Counted from the first letter of the stretch, positions 17,881 to 25,899 are shown. The stretch is DNA of 34,997 bases from Candidatus Iainarchaeum sp. (GCA_028701835.1 JAQVQA010000005.1:1-34997); one strand, 5' to 3'. A program made the numbers and translations. Notes: generated by a model not told the origin, from the sequence alone.

Positions 17881-17939
17881 AAGTATATTGAGTTAATTAA
17901 AAGAAATATAAATTAAGCGTTTTTGAATAATAACAATAT

Positions 17940-18146
17940 TTACTCGGAGAGAACCGAATCAATATCTTCAAGAGTATTATTTATGCCACTCAAATCAGTT
18001 CCAATATCACTTGTTACTAAATCAACTTCACTTTGGTTTGTCAACAAGGGAGGAGTATTTTCATCAGTTGAATCACTCTCATTTACACAACCAAATAAAG
18101 AAAAGAAAATTATTAATACAATTAACAATCCAAAAAATTTTTTCAT
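17940..18146 (-). CDS. Small acidic putative lipoprotein
   Basis: 68-aa ORF with ATG start. Signal is MKKFFGLLIVLIIFFSLFGC with a lipobox-like LFGC. The mature part is rich in D/E/S/T. It starts 23 nt downstream of the stop of the preceding same-strand gene. Confidence 0.5.
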   Translation of the reverse strand: MKKFFGLLIVLIIFFSLFGCVNESDSTDENTPPLLTNQSEVDLVTSDIGTDLSGINNTLEDIDSVLSE

Positions 18147-18169
18147 TTAAACCAACTCCTTTTCCATTA

Positions 18170-19906
18170 TTAATCCAATAATTTAATTAATACTTTTTCA
18201 ATTGAATTTTTCTTTAATTCACTTATTTTCTCTTTAACTATTAAAGCATCTTCTTCACTAAAATTATTTACCTTATTTTTAATTATCTCTTTCACAGCAT
18301 CTATTTCAATTGAAGCATTTGATAATAAATCTAAGGATTCCTTAAATTTTAGAGCATAATTAAAATCATTTATCCCTTCATAATAATTAGAAACTCCTTT
18401 TATTTTCAAGCTTATTTTACTTAACTCAATTTTTAGTTCCTCTAATTTTAAAGCTAATTCCAACAATTTTGTTGAATCACTCAAAATTTCTTTATTTATT
18501 TTATTTGAATCACTAGTTTTATTTTCACCAATACACTCCACTAACACAACACAATTATCAGAGTTTGTTTTAATTAACAATTTCCCTCCCCTTTCTTCAC
18601 AAGCAATGTATTTTGATTGAGGTAATTCGTTTAAGGAAATGCATTTCTCTTCTTTAATATAACCATTTTTGTCTTTATTTGGTTTTATTGTTGAATCAAA
18701 ATTAGAGTCAGAATAATTTAAATCAGTTGAATTATAGTTGTTTATATTACAAACATAATTTAGACAATTGTTAGCATATTCTTTTACTATCACTTCTCCA
18801 CCCAAACTTAAGCACTTTTCTTTAATTAACTTTATTTCTTCAAGAGTTTGTTTCTTGCATTCATTTTCACAGTACCTTGCATTTTCTCCATTGTCACAAG
18901 AAATATTTTTACACCCCTCTTCATCAATTATTATTTTGCAATTTGGTCTACAAGGGTTAATGAATTCTATATTTTCTACACTCGACGCTAAACTTATACA
19001 AGTATTAAAATCTAAATTAACTTTTACTCCGTACGCATTTGATCTTGTTTCACTTGAATTATTGTCATTAGTGTAGCACTTTTCTTCTGTGAATTGAGCG
19101 CATATTTGCCTTGCCTTTTCTTTCCAATAAGCTAGAGGCATGCACTTTTCTAATCTTTCTTTATAAACTTCTTTGTTTGAACAAACCCAATTCGCCCCTA
19201 AATAAAAACCTGAATTAGAATTTTGATTAGAATATTCTGCGCTTGCAGTATTATACTCATTAACTATTATAACACAAACCGGTTTTTTGCACCCTTTTTC
19301 ATCAATCTTTTCTATTAGTACTTGATTCAAATCACAAATCGGTTTAACGTATTTTTCGCACTCTGAATTATTATTTAAATCAAAATTAGAATCCAAATTA
19401 TTATTTCCGCCATAATTTTCATCATAATTTTCATCATAATTTTCATTATAATTTTCATCATAATTTTCATCATAATTATTGTCATTACTATCAAGGTAGT
19501 TGTTATTAGAGTCACTATCTTTACACTCGCCAACATAAGCAATTTCTACTTTTTCGCAGTTAGCTATACACTTATTACCATAAGTTTTTCCGTTCACTCC
19601 ACAAACAGGAGCATATTCCATTGTACAAATGCAATCCGGTGCTTTAACTATGTTTGAAACAACATCTTCGTTTGAATCACATTTTTCTTCCCATATTCTT
19701 AAGCATTTTTGTTTCTCTTCACACCAAGTATAACCTGCTGAAGGAATGCAACCATGTTCATCCCTATCATTTCCAACTATTTGGTTAAAAGAATTAGAAT
19801 CTTTAGAATCATTAGTGTCAGAGGTTTCATTTAAGTCCGCAAAAGAAGGTACTGCTAGTAGTAGTGCTAGAGAAATAACTAATAATATGGTTAACTTTTT
19901 ATCCAC
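18170..19906 (-). CDS. Secreted cysteine-rich protein with a Kazal-type domain, a (DENY)n low-complexity tract and a C-terminal coiled-coil-like region
   Basis: 578-aa ORF with GTG start. Signal peptide is ILLVISLALLLAVPSFA. C-TMEYAPV-C-GVNGKT-Y-GNK-C-IAN-C...C fits the Kazal spacing C-x7-C-x6-Y-x3-C-x3-C. Confidence 0.75.
   Translation of the reverse strand: MDKKLTILLVISLALLLAVPSFADLNETSDTNDSKDSNSFNQIVGNDRDEHGCIPSAGYTWCEEKQKCLRIWEEKCDSNEDVVSNIVKAPDCICTMEYAPVCGVNGKTYGNKCIANCEKVEIAYVGECKDSDSNNNYLDSNDNNYDENYDENYNENYDENYDENYGGNNNLDSNFDLNNNSECEKYVKPICDLNQVLIEKIDEKGCKKPVCVIIVNEYNTASAEYSNQNSNSGFYLGANWVCSNKEVYKERLEKCMPLAYWKEKARQICAQFTEEKCYTNDNNSSETRSNAYGVKVNLDFNTCISLASSVENIEFINPCRPNCKIIIDEEGCKNISCDNGENARYCENECKKQTLEEIKLIKEKCLSLGGEVIVKEYANNCLNYVCNINNYNSTDLNYSDSNFDSTIKPNKDKNGYIKEEKCISLNELPQSKYIACEERGGKLLIKTNSDNCVVLVECIGENKTSDSNKINKEILSDSTKLLELALKLEELKIELSKISLKIKGVSNYYEGINDFNYALKFKESLDLLSNASIEIDAVKEIIKNKVNNFSEEDALIVKEKISELKKNSIEKVLIKLLD
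19411..19477. repeat. 12-bp in-frame tandem repeat (CATAATTTTCAT, 5 full units plus a partial one, with a single substitution) encoding NYDENYDENYNENYDENYDENY
   Basis: Read directly from the sequence. It lies inside CDS 18170..19906. Confidence 0.9.
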
Positions 19907-19995
19907 TAATAATCAACTTATTATAATACACTCTTTTTGTATTTAATACCTGTGTTTTGCTTGGTAAAAGAACGAATAATCCTAATCAATCATAA

Positions 19996-21762
19996 TTATT
20001 CTTTTGGCAAGTCTAGTGCTATGTGTAATTCTTTTAGTTGTTTTTCACTTACACTACTTGGGGCATCATCCATTAAAGATACTCCTGATTTGTTTTTTGG
20101 GAAAGCTAGTACTTCTCTAATACTTCCTGCTCCAAGCATTATCATTACTAATCTATCTAAACCGAATGCGAATCCGCCATGCACTGGAGCCCCATAATTG
20201 TACGCGTTTAGAATAAATCCAAATCTTGATTCTATTTCTTCTTCACTTAATCCAATCATTTTGAATACTTTTCTTTGCAAATCAGGGTTAGTTATTCTAA
20301 TACAACCGCTTCCAAGTTCTATTCCGTTTAACACCATGTCAAAGGAACCACTAATTGCTTTTAGAGGATCTTTATCAAGTAACTCTTTGTCTTCTTCTCG
20401 CACCATTGAGAATGGATTGTGAGCGTAAGTTAATTGATTTGTTTCTTCATCAATTTCAAACATAGGGAAATCAACTACCCATAAAAAGTCCCAAGTATTT
20501 GGTTTTACTAAACTAAGTTTTTTTGCGAGTAAGTTTCGCATATTCCCAAGAGCCGCACTAACTATATTATATTTTCCTGCAACTATTACAATTAAATCAT
20601 TCTCCTTTGGATTCACTTTGTTTTTCAATTCTTCAAGAACACTTGGTTTAAAGAACTTGGTTATTGAACCCTCAAAAGTCCCATTAACATACTTTAAGTA
20701 AGCTAAACCCTTCGCTTTGTATATTTTTACGAATTCTTCTAATTCAGAAATATCTTTTCTTGAAAACTCTGCTTTACCTTCAATATTAATTGCTTTAATT
20801 ACACCGCCTTCACTTGCAACTGCATTAAATGCGTTAAATTCTCCTTTAGATAAAATACTTGTTAAGTCAATTAATTCTAATCCAAATCTAGTGTCAGGTT
20901 TATCAACACCAAATCTCTCAAACGCTTCAGAGTGAGAAATTCTTTTTAGAGGGACTTTAATGTCAACACCCAAAACATCTTTCACTACTCTTTGAATTGC
21001 CCTCTCCCCCACATCAAGCAAATCATCTCTGTCAACAAAACTCATTTCCCAATCAACTTGAGTAAATTCTGGTTGTCTATCGGCTCTTAAATCCTCATCC
21101 CTAAAACACCTAGCTATTTGGTAGTACTTGTCAAAACCTGATAACATTAGTAATTGCTTGAATATTTGGGGACTTTGGGGGAGTGCATAAAATTTTCCTG
21201 GATTTACTCTACTTGGAATAAGATAATCTCTTGAACCTTCAGGAGTACTCTTAGCCATTATTGGAGTCTCTATTTCAAAAAAACCTTCTTCATCATAATA
21301 ATCTCTAAAAGCTTTTGTTATTTTGTGTCGCAAAGCAATGTTTTTTTGTAAATTGTTTGCTCTTAAAGCAAGGTACCTGTACTTTAAAGACAAGTCCTCA
21401 TTAGTTTCTGTTCTCCCATTCAAATCAATTGGGAGAGGAAGGGAAGAACCTACTACAAAAATTTTTTCAGCACTAACTTCAATTCCACCAGTAATTAATT
21501 CTTTATTCTCTGTTCCAGTCGGCCTAGCCCTAACACTACCCTCAATGTGAATTACAAATTCTTTTCTAATTGATTTTGTTACCCTAGCTATATCTTCACT
21601 CTTTGAAGAATCTATAACTACTTGAGTTACTCCATACCTGTCCCTTAAATCAATGAAAGTAATATTACCGTGGTTTCTAATAGTATCCGCCCATCCTTCA
21701 AGAACCACATTCAAACCAGAATTAGACGAATTCAATTCCCCACAAGTGTGTGTCCTACGCAT
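19996..21762 (-). CDS. aspS: Aspartate--tRNA ligase, bacterial type (with the large insertion between class II motifs 2 and 3)
   Basis: About 588 aa from the ATG at 21762; an in-frame TTG lies 3 nt upstream. Contains FIDLRDRYGVTQVV, QSPQIFKQLLMLSGFDKYYQIARCFRDEDLRADRQPEFTQVD (motif 2), GFAFGLDRLVM (motif 3) and LAFPKNKSG. Confidence 0.95.
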   Translation of the reverse strand: MRRTHTCGELNSSNSGLNVVLEGWADTIRNHGNITFIDLRDRYGVTQVVIDSSKSEDIARVTKSIRKEFVIHIEGSVRARPTGTENKELITGGIEVSAEKIFVVGSSLPLPIDLNGRTETNEDLSLKYRYLALRANNLQKNIALRHKITKAFRDYYDEEGFFEIETPIMAKSTPEGSRDYLIPSRVNPGKFYALPQSPQIFKQLLMLSGFDKYYQIARCFRDEDLRADRQPEFTQVDWEMSFVDRDDLLDVGERAIQRVVKDVLGVDIKVPLKRISHSEAFERFGVDKPDTRFGLELIDLTSILSKGEFNAFNAVASEGGVIKAINIEGKAEFSRKDISELEEFVKIYKAKGLAYLKYVNGTFEGSITKFFKPSVLEELKNKVNPKENDLIVIVAGKYNIVSAALGNMRNLLAKKLSLVKPNTWDFLWVVDFPMFEIDEETNQLTYAHNPFSMVREEDKELLDKDPLKAISGSFDMVLNGIELGSGCIRITNPDLQRKVFKMIGLSEEEIESRFGFILNAYNYGAPVHGGFAFGLDRLVMIMLGAGSIREVLAFPKNKSGVSLMDDAPSSVSEKQLKELHIALDLPKE

Positions 21763-21967
21763 CAAACCAACTACTAAATAACTTTTAATTATAATTTAAA
21801 AAGCTTCTTAAAAAAAATAATTATTCAAAAAACAAAAATCATTTTTTATTATATAAAAAAATTCTAAAAATTTATTAAAATTAGTTTCTTTATTCAAAAT
21901 ATCTATTTTTAAAGAGTTTACTCATTGTTAGTTAGTAGTGTTTTTAGAATTTTTTGGGTGGATTAAA

Positions 21968-22231
21968 ATGGCTAGAATGAGTGATGTTGAAGAGTTAAAG
22001 TATGAGTATGAAAAGGCTTTGAGAGAAAAGGCTAATCTTGAGAAGATTCTTGAGAGGAGAAGAAAATTGAATTTGCTTGGCCCTGGGGAAGAGGAGTCTT
22101 TGAAAGATGATATTAAGGATATTGACGAGGTTATTAGGAGTTTGAGGGGAAAGTATAGGAGTGTTGAGTCCGAACACGCAAGAGCCAGAATTATTTCTGA
22201 TTCGAATGAAAAAGCTCCTTGGGAAAATTAA
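21968..22231 (+). CDS. Small charged coiled-coil-like hypothetical protein
   Basis: An ATG at 21968 (MARMSDVEELKYEYEKALREKANLEKILE...) lies inside a longer GTG-initiated ORF. No family was recognised. Confidence 0.4.
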   Translation: MARMSDVEELKYEYEKALREKANLEKILERRRKLNLLGPGEEESLKDDIKDIDEVIRSLRGKYRSVESEHARARIISDSNEKAPWEN

Positions 22232-22338
22232 ATTAATTTTCCCTTCTTGTATTTTAACTAAAAAAAAAATCAATTTTTTTAACTAATTAAACCTTGAAAA
22301 AAACCTTTTTTTGGCTTAAAACGGGCTAAAAGTTAAGG

Positions 22339-22346
22339 TATTTAAA
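22339..22346 (+). promoter_or_regulatory. TATA-like box (TATTTAAA) centred about 27 nt upstream of the ATG at 22369
   Basis: The spacing is consistent with a leaderless transcript of the PPC-domain gene. No SD motif is present. Confidence 0.35.
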
Positions 22347-22368
22347 CAGTTGTTTCGTGTATTAAGTT

Positions 22369-22740
22369 ATGAGTACAAACTATACTGTTATCCTTGATGA
22401 TAATGAAGAGATTTTCCCTGCTTTAGAAACTTTTGCTAAAGAGAATGAAATTACTTACGGAATGATTATATCTGCTAAAGGAGCTATAAAGCACTTTGAT
22501 ATTATTTCACACGGGCAACGAGGAACCGTTGAAAAAATTAATTATAAAAGAGAATTTGAGGTTAATGCTTTGAGTGGAAAAATTGATATTAAAGGCGGGG
22601 AAGTTAGAATAAAAATGAATGCCCTTGTATCAAGCTCTGGTTTTACTCCAATAACAGGAGAATTGTTGAATGGTAAAACAGCGGGTTCTTTACAAATAGT
22701 TGTAAGAAAAGTTGATATGAAGAAAATGATTGAAGCTTAA
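22369..22740 (+). CDS. PPC (DUF296) domain protein
   Basis: 123-aa ORF. The length and pattern (N-terminal VILDDNEEIFPALETFAKENEI, G-rich C-terminal strands GELLNGKTAGSLQIVV) resemble DUF296/PPC. The usual His residues are not evident. Confidence 0.55.
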   Translation: MSTNYTVILDDNEEIFPALETFAKENEITYGMIISAKGAIKHFDIISHGQRGTVEKINYKREFEVNALSGKIDIKGGEVRIKMNALVSSSGFTPITGELLNGKTAGSLQIVVRKVDMKKMIEA

Positions 22741-22819
22741 AAAAAATTTATTATTAAAAAATCAATAACTAATTTTAAAACTAAAATAATTGCATGCAAA
22801 AAACTAAAATAAGGTATTT

Positions 22820-22831
22820 AAAAAAACAAAG
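22820..22831 (-). terminator. T-rich tract (CTTTGTTTTTTT on the minus strand) about 22 nt downstream of the tRNA 3' end
   Basis: Archaeal terminators are oligo-T tracts. This is the first such tract after the tRNA. Confidence 0.4.
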
Positions 22832-22852
22832 CGTCCAACAAATAATGTTAAA

Positions 22853-23005
22853 CGCCCAGTCCGGGATTCGAACCCGAGTCACGCCCGAACAGTAGCAAAA
22901 AGTCTCGCTAAATTTACTCTGCCTCGCGTTAGCGAGTGCATTGCTTTTGCGAGCCTTAACAAAGCTCTGACAGGGGCGTATCCTAGACCACTGGACGAAC
23001 TGGGC
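22853..23005 (-). tRNA. tRNA-Asp (anticodon GUC) interrupted by an 80-nt intron at the canonical 37/38 position. No CCA is encoded.
   Basis: Manual fold. Acceptor stem is GCCCAGT/ACTGGGC with G73. D stem is GTCC/GGAT with loop AGTGGTCTA. Anticodon stem is CGCCC/GGGCG and the loop is C-U-GUC-A-[intron]-C. T arm is TCGGG-TTCGAAT-CCCGG. Mature length is 73 nt. This is the only GC-rich island in the local AT-rich context. Confidence 0.85.
22888..22967 (-). other. tRNA-Asp intron (80 nt) flanked by a bulge-helix-bulge-like motif
   Basis: The central helix is C32-G, U33.U, G34-C, U35-A. The 3-nt bulges are C36 A37|G and U U|C38. The outer helices are the anticodon stem and intron AGC/GCU. Inside the intron, GCAAAAG pairs with CUUUUUGC and CUCGCUAA pairs with UUAGCGAG. 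Confidence 0.7.
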
Positions 23006-23104
23006 ATACACTTTATTAAAGGAGCTTTGCTTCTTTAATAGGAATATTCTTTTAAGGAAGTCTTTAAAATATTCATTTTTTCTTCTTTTTTTAAGGAAAA
23101 AAAT

Positions 23105-23389
23105 TTAGAACACTTTTTTTGGAATAAGTATTACTGCTAAAATGTACACTAATATTCCTGGAAGTATCCCTGTTACTAAAGTCAATAATATGAAAACTAA
23201 TCTAATTATTGTTGGATCATAACTTAAATAATCCGCAATTCCTGCTAGTACTCCTAAAAGAACTTTCTTGTTTTGATTTCGATACAACTTTTTTGACTCT
23301 TTTTTCAAAACTTTTTTTTCACTCTTTTTTGAGTTTTCCTTAACTATTTTTTTTACACTATTTTTTTTCTTTAATTGTTTTTTAACCAT
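23105..23389 (-). CDS. PspC-domain membrane protein with a lysine-rich N-terminal tail
   Basis: 94-aa ORF. LLGVLAGIADYLSYDPTIIRLVFILLTLVTGILPGILVYILAVILIP matches the PspC domain pattern. Confidence 0.75.
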   Translation of the reverse strand: MVKKQLKKKNSVKKIVKENSKKSEKKVLKKESKKLYRNQNKKVLLGVLAGIADYLSYDPTIIRLVFILLTLVTGILPGILVYILAVILIPKKVF

Positions 23390-23451
23390 GAATTAATCAC
23401 AATTAATTCTTCTCTAGAAGAGTTAATAAAGTTTGTTTTGAGTATATTTTC

Positions 23452-24063
23452 ATGAAAGTAATACAAATCCCCGTCAATGGTTTTGATAACAATTTTAGTT
23501 ATTTAATAATTGGAAAAAATAACGAATCAATTCTAATTGATCCAACTGGCGACTTGAACAAAATACTTAAAGAAATAAATAATAATAACCTAAAAATAGT
23601 ATTAGTTCTTTTGACTCACTCTCACCCCGACCATTCTGAAAATTTGAATTATTTTTCAAACGTTAAAGCAATTATTCCAAAAAAAGGATTAGTTGGTGAA
23701 GAAGAATCAATCAAAATTAATGAATTTATAATTAAATTAATTCACTTGCCTGGACACACTAAAGATAGTGTTGTTTATTTATTAGAAAATAATTTATTCT
23801 CCGGAGACACTCTTTTTTGTAGAGGGATTGGAACAACTACTTATGGGGGAAACGAAATTGACTTAAAAAATTCTTTAAATTTTTTATCTTCATTAAATAA
23901 AAAAATTGTTCTTTGGCCTGGACACAATTATGGAGGAAATTCTTGTACTTTAAAAGAAGCTTTGATTAATTCTAAAATTAAACCTAGTAAAAAAACTTTG
24001 GATTTAATAAAGAGTAAAGTAAAGAAGTACGAATTGAAAAGTTCTAAAAAAGTTAGAGAATAA
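23452..24063 (+). CDS. MBL-fold metallo-hydrolase (glyoxalase II-like)
   Basis: 203-aa ORF. Contains the HxHxDH motif (THSHPDHS), then HLPGHTKDS, GDTLF and PGHNYG. Confidence 0.85.
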   Translation: MKVIQIPVNGFDNNFSYLIIGKNNESILIDPTGDLNKILKEINNNNLKIVLVLLTHSHPDHSENLNYFSNVKAIIPKKGLVGEEESIKINEFIIKLIHLPGHTKDSVVYLLENNLFSGDTLFCRGIGTTTYGGNEIDLKNSLNFLSSLNKKIVLWPGHNYGGNSCTLKEALINSKIKPSKKTLDLIKSKVKKYELKSSKKVRE

Positions 24064-24121
24064 ATTTTTTTAATATATAAAACATAATTTTTCAAAATTC
24101 ATTTATTTGAACAATTATTAA

Positions 24122-24481
24122 TTAAGCAATTATTATTCTTCCCTTTGGTTTGCATGCTTCTTCTTCACATTTTTCAAAACAAATTTCTACTCCAGTAGGA
24201 TAATCTTCTTTGTTTATTCCTTCAATCATTAAAACAACTTGTGCCCCGTTTTTTGTGCAAACCCCATCACCTGATTTTGATTCTACACTAATCACCATAG
24301 ATTTATTTTTTCCCTTTACCCTCATTTTTTTTGCAACTGCCCCCTCAACTAACCTTGCAATAACACAAACAGCTTCCATCCCTACAAACTTCTCTGACTT
24401 TACTACTTTTACTCTCCCACCACTATGCGAAGAAGAATTAATACTATTTGAACTTCCAAATGTTAGTGAACTCAAACTCAT
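24122..24481 (-). CDS. Hypothetical protein, possibly an EF-Tu domain-II-like beta-barrel
   Basis: 119-aa ORF with ATG start. The pattern VIARLVEGAVAKKMRVKGKNKSMVISVE...NGAQVVLMIEGI...GVEI recalls translation-factor domain 2. It has a Ser-rich N-terminus. It is on the same strand as rbcL and 107 nt downstream of it. Confidence 0.45.
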   Translation of the reverse strand: MSLSSLTFGSSNSINSSSHSGGRVKVVKSEKFVGMEAVCVIARLVEGAVAKKMRVKGKNKSMVISVESKSGDGVCTKNGAQVVLMIEGINKEDYPTGVEICFEKCEEEACKPKGRIIIA

Positions 24482-24588
24482 TCTTAATCACCGAATTTTT
24501 CTTTTATGCACAAGTCAAATACTTTTTTGTTAATAAACTTTATCTTAAAGGAATCCAAACTAGTTAAAAAAAATTTTTTTGTTATTCT

Positions 24589-25899
24589 CTACTTTGGAAG
24601 AGAGTGTCCCCAAGTCTTTAATGCTTCTTTTAACTCGGGGCAATTCTTTGCTTTTTCTTCTACGCTTATCTTATCCAAATAAGCTTCTATACTTGCTCTC
24701 ATTGCGACTGCTCCAGCATGACTCCCTTTTGGGTGTCCGTGTACTCCCCCACCAAGTTGAATCATTATGTTTGTTCCAAGTAAATTAAATATTTTATCAA
24801 CTATACCTGGGTGTAGTCCTCCACTTGAAACAGGGAATACTGGTTTTATTTTACCCCAATCTTGTTCAAAGCAATGCTCTAACACATTTTGTTTTGTCTT
24901 GCTTTGAGTTAATTCGTTTTGGCATTGAAGAACTTCTTCCTTTGGACTAACTAACTTTCCGTAAGCAGTGCCTATATGTAATTGGTCTACTCCAATTAGT
25001 CTTGACAATTTTGACACGCAATTCATCGAGAATCCATGGTTATTACTCCTAGTGAATGAAGCATGCATCGCTCTATGAGCATGAATCGCAAGCCCCAAAT
25101 CTTTACACTCTTCTCTAAGAGAATTTGTTGCAGTCCAACCCGAAGTAATAACATCAATCATTACATACTCTCCACCCATTTTTTTTACATAATTTGCTCT
25201 CTCAATCATTTCTTGAACAGTAGGAGCACTCACATTAATTAAATAAGATTTTTTTTCTCCAGTTACTTTCTGGGCTTTTTCCCTCATTTTTAACGTATTC
25301 TCTACTCTTTTTTTAAAGGGATTAAATTTTTGGTTAGTTAAATTCTCATCATCTTTTAATAAATCAAGACCACCTGTCCAAATATCATACCCTACTTTAG
25401 CATGTTCTTCTGTAGTCATACCTACTTTGGGTTTTGCAACACTAAGCATTAAAGGCCTTTTTGTAACATTAAATATTTTTCTAACCCCATTCACTCCAAA
25501 TGCAGGCCCCTTGTATTGTTTAATAATGTCTTTAGTGAATTGAATATCTTGTAACTTGAGTGAATCAACTGCTTTCATCCCAAATACATTCCCTGCAATT
25601 GAAGCTAGTATTTGGGAAGGATTTTTTTGTTCAAAGTGGTCTTCAGGGTAAGCTATTTTTATCCAAAAATATTCCCCATGATTCTCTATACTATAAACTT
25701 TGCCAGCAACTTTTTTTACATGAGGGTACTTTGCCCAAATATCAATATCACTCCAAGTACCAACACTCGATTCACTAGCAATCGCCCCAAATGCTCTCTC
25801 TGGAGTCTCCCAACTAGGAACTTTTACTTTAAAAGAAGCGAGTACATCCTTATTATTTGGTTTATAACCAAGGTCTACAAAATCCTCATAACTAGCCAT
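24589..25899 (-). CDS. rbcL: Ribulose-1,5-bisphosphate carboxylase/oxygenase large subunit, form III (archaeal type)
   Basis: About 436 aa from the ATG at 25899; an in-frame TTG lies 6 nt upstream. Active-site blocks are KPKVGMT, GGLDLLKDDENL (carbamylated Lys), HAHRAMHA, SGGLHPG and GGGVHGHP. No small-subunit gene is present. Confidence 0.93.
   Translation of the reverse strand: MASYEDFVDLGYKPNNKDVLASFKVKVPSWETPERAFGAIASESSVGTWSDIDIWAKYPHVKKVAGKVYSIENHGEYFWIKIAYPEDHFEQKNPSQILASIAGNVFGMKAVDSLKLQDIQFTKDIIKQYKGPAFGVNGVRKIFNVTKRPLMLSVAKPKVGMTTEEHAKVGYDIWTGGLDLLKDDENLTNQKFNPFKKRVENTLKMREKAQKVTGEKKSYLINVSAPTVQEMIERANYVKKMGGEYVMIDVITSGWTATNSLREECKDLGLAIHAHRAMHASFTRSNNHGFSMNCVSKLSRLIGVDQLHIGTAYGKLVSPKEEVLQCQNELTQSKTKQNVLEHCFEQDWGKIKPVFPVSSGGLHPGIVDKIFNLLGTNIMIQLGGGVHGHPKGSHAGAVAMRASIEAYLDKISVEEKAKNCPELKEALKTWGHSLPK

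Noticed and set aside
19411-19477. Possible CRISPR-like or other interspaced repeat
   Set aside because: The 12-bp units are contiguous with no spacers, and they lie in frame within a CDS. I saw no CRISPR array or cas gene anywhere in the window.
22808-22830. A second copy of TAAGGTATTTAAA, the same 13-mer as the promoter-like box at 22334-22346. It points into the tRNA in antisense orientation.
   Set aside because: The A-run that follows it is simply the complement of the oligo-T terminator of the minus-strand tRNA. No plus-strand ORF or RNA follows. I treat it as coincidence in AT-rich DNA, not as an antisense promoter.
22781-23011. 76-aa minus-strand ORF
   Set aside because: It coincides exactly with the tRNA-Asp gene and its intron. 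Its GC-rich, Cys/Arg-rich translation is an artefact of the structured RNA.
22741-23104. tRNA-flanked genomic island or integrated element
   Set aside because: No integrase, transposase or direct repeat of the tRNA 3' end lies on either side. The flanking genes are ordinary small housekeeping-type ORFs.
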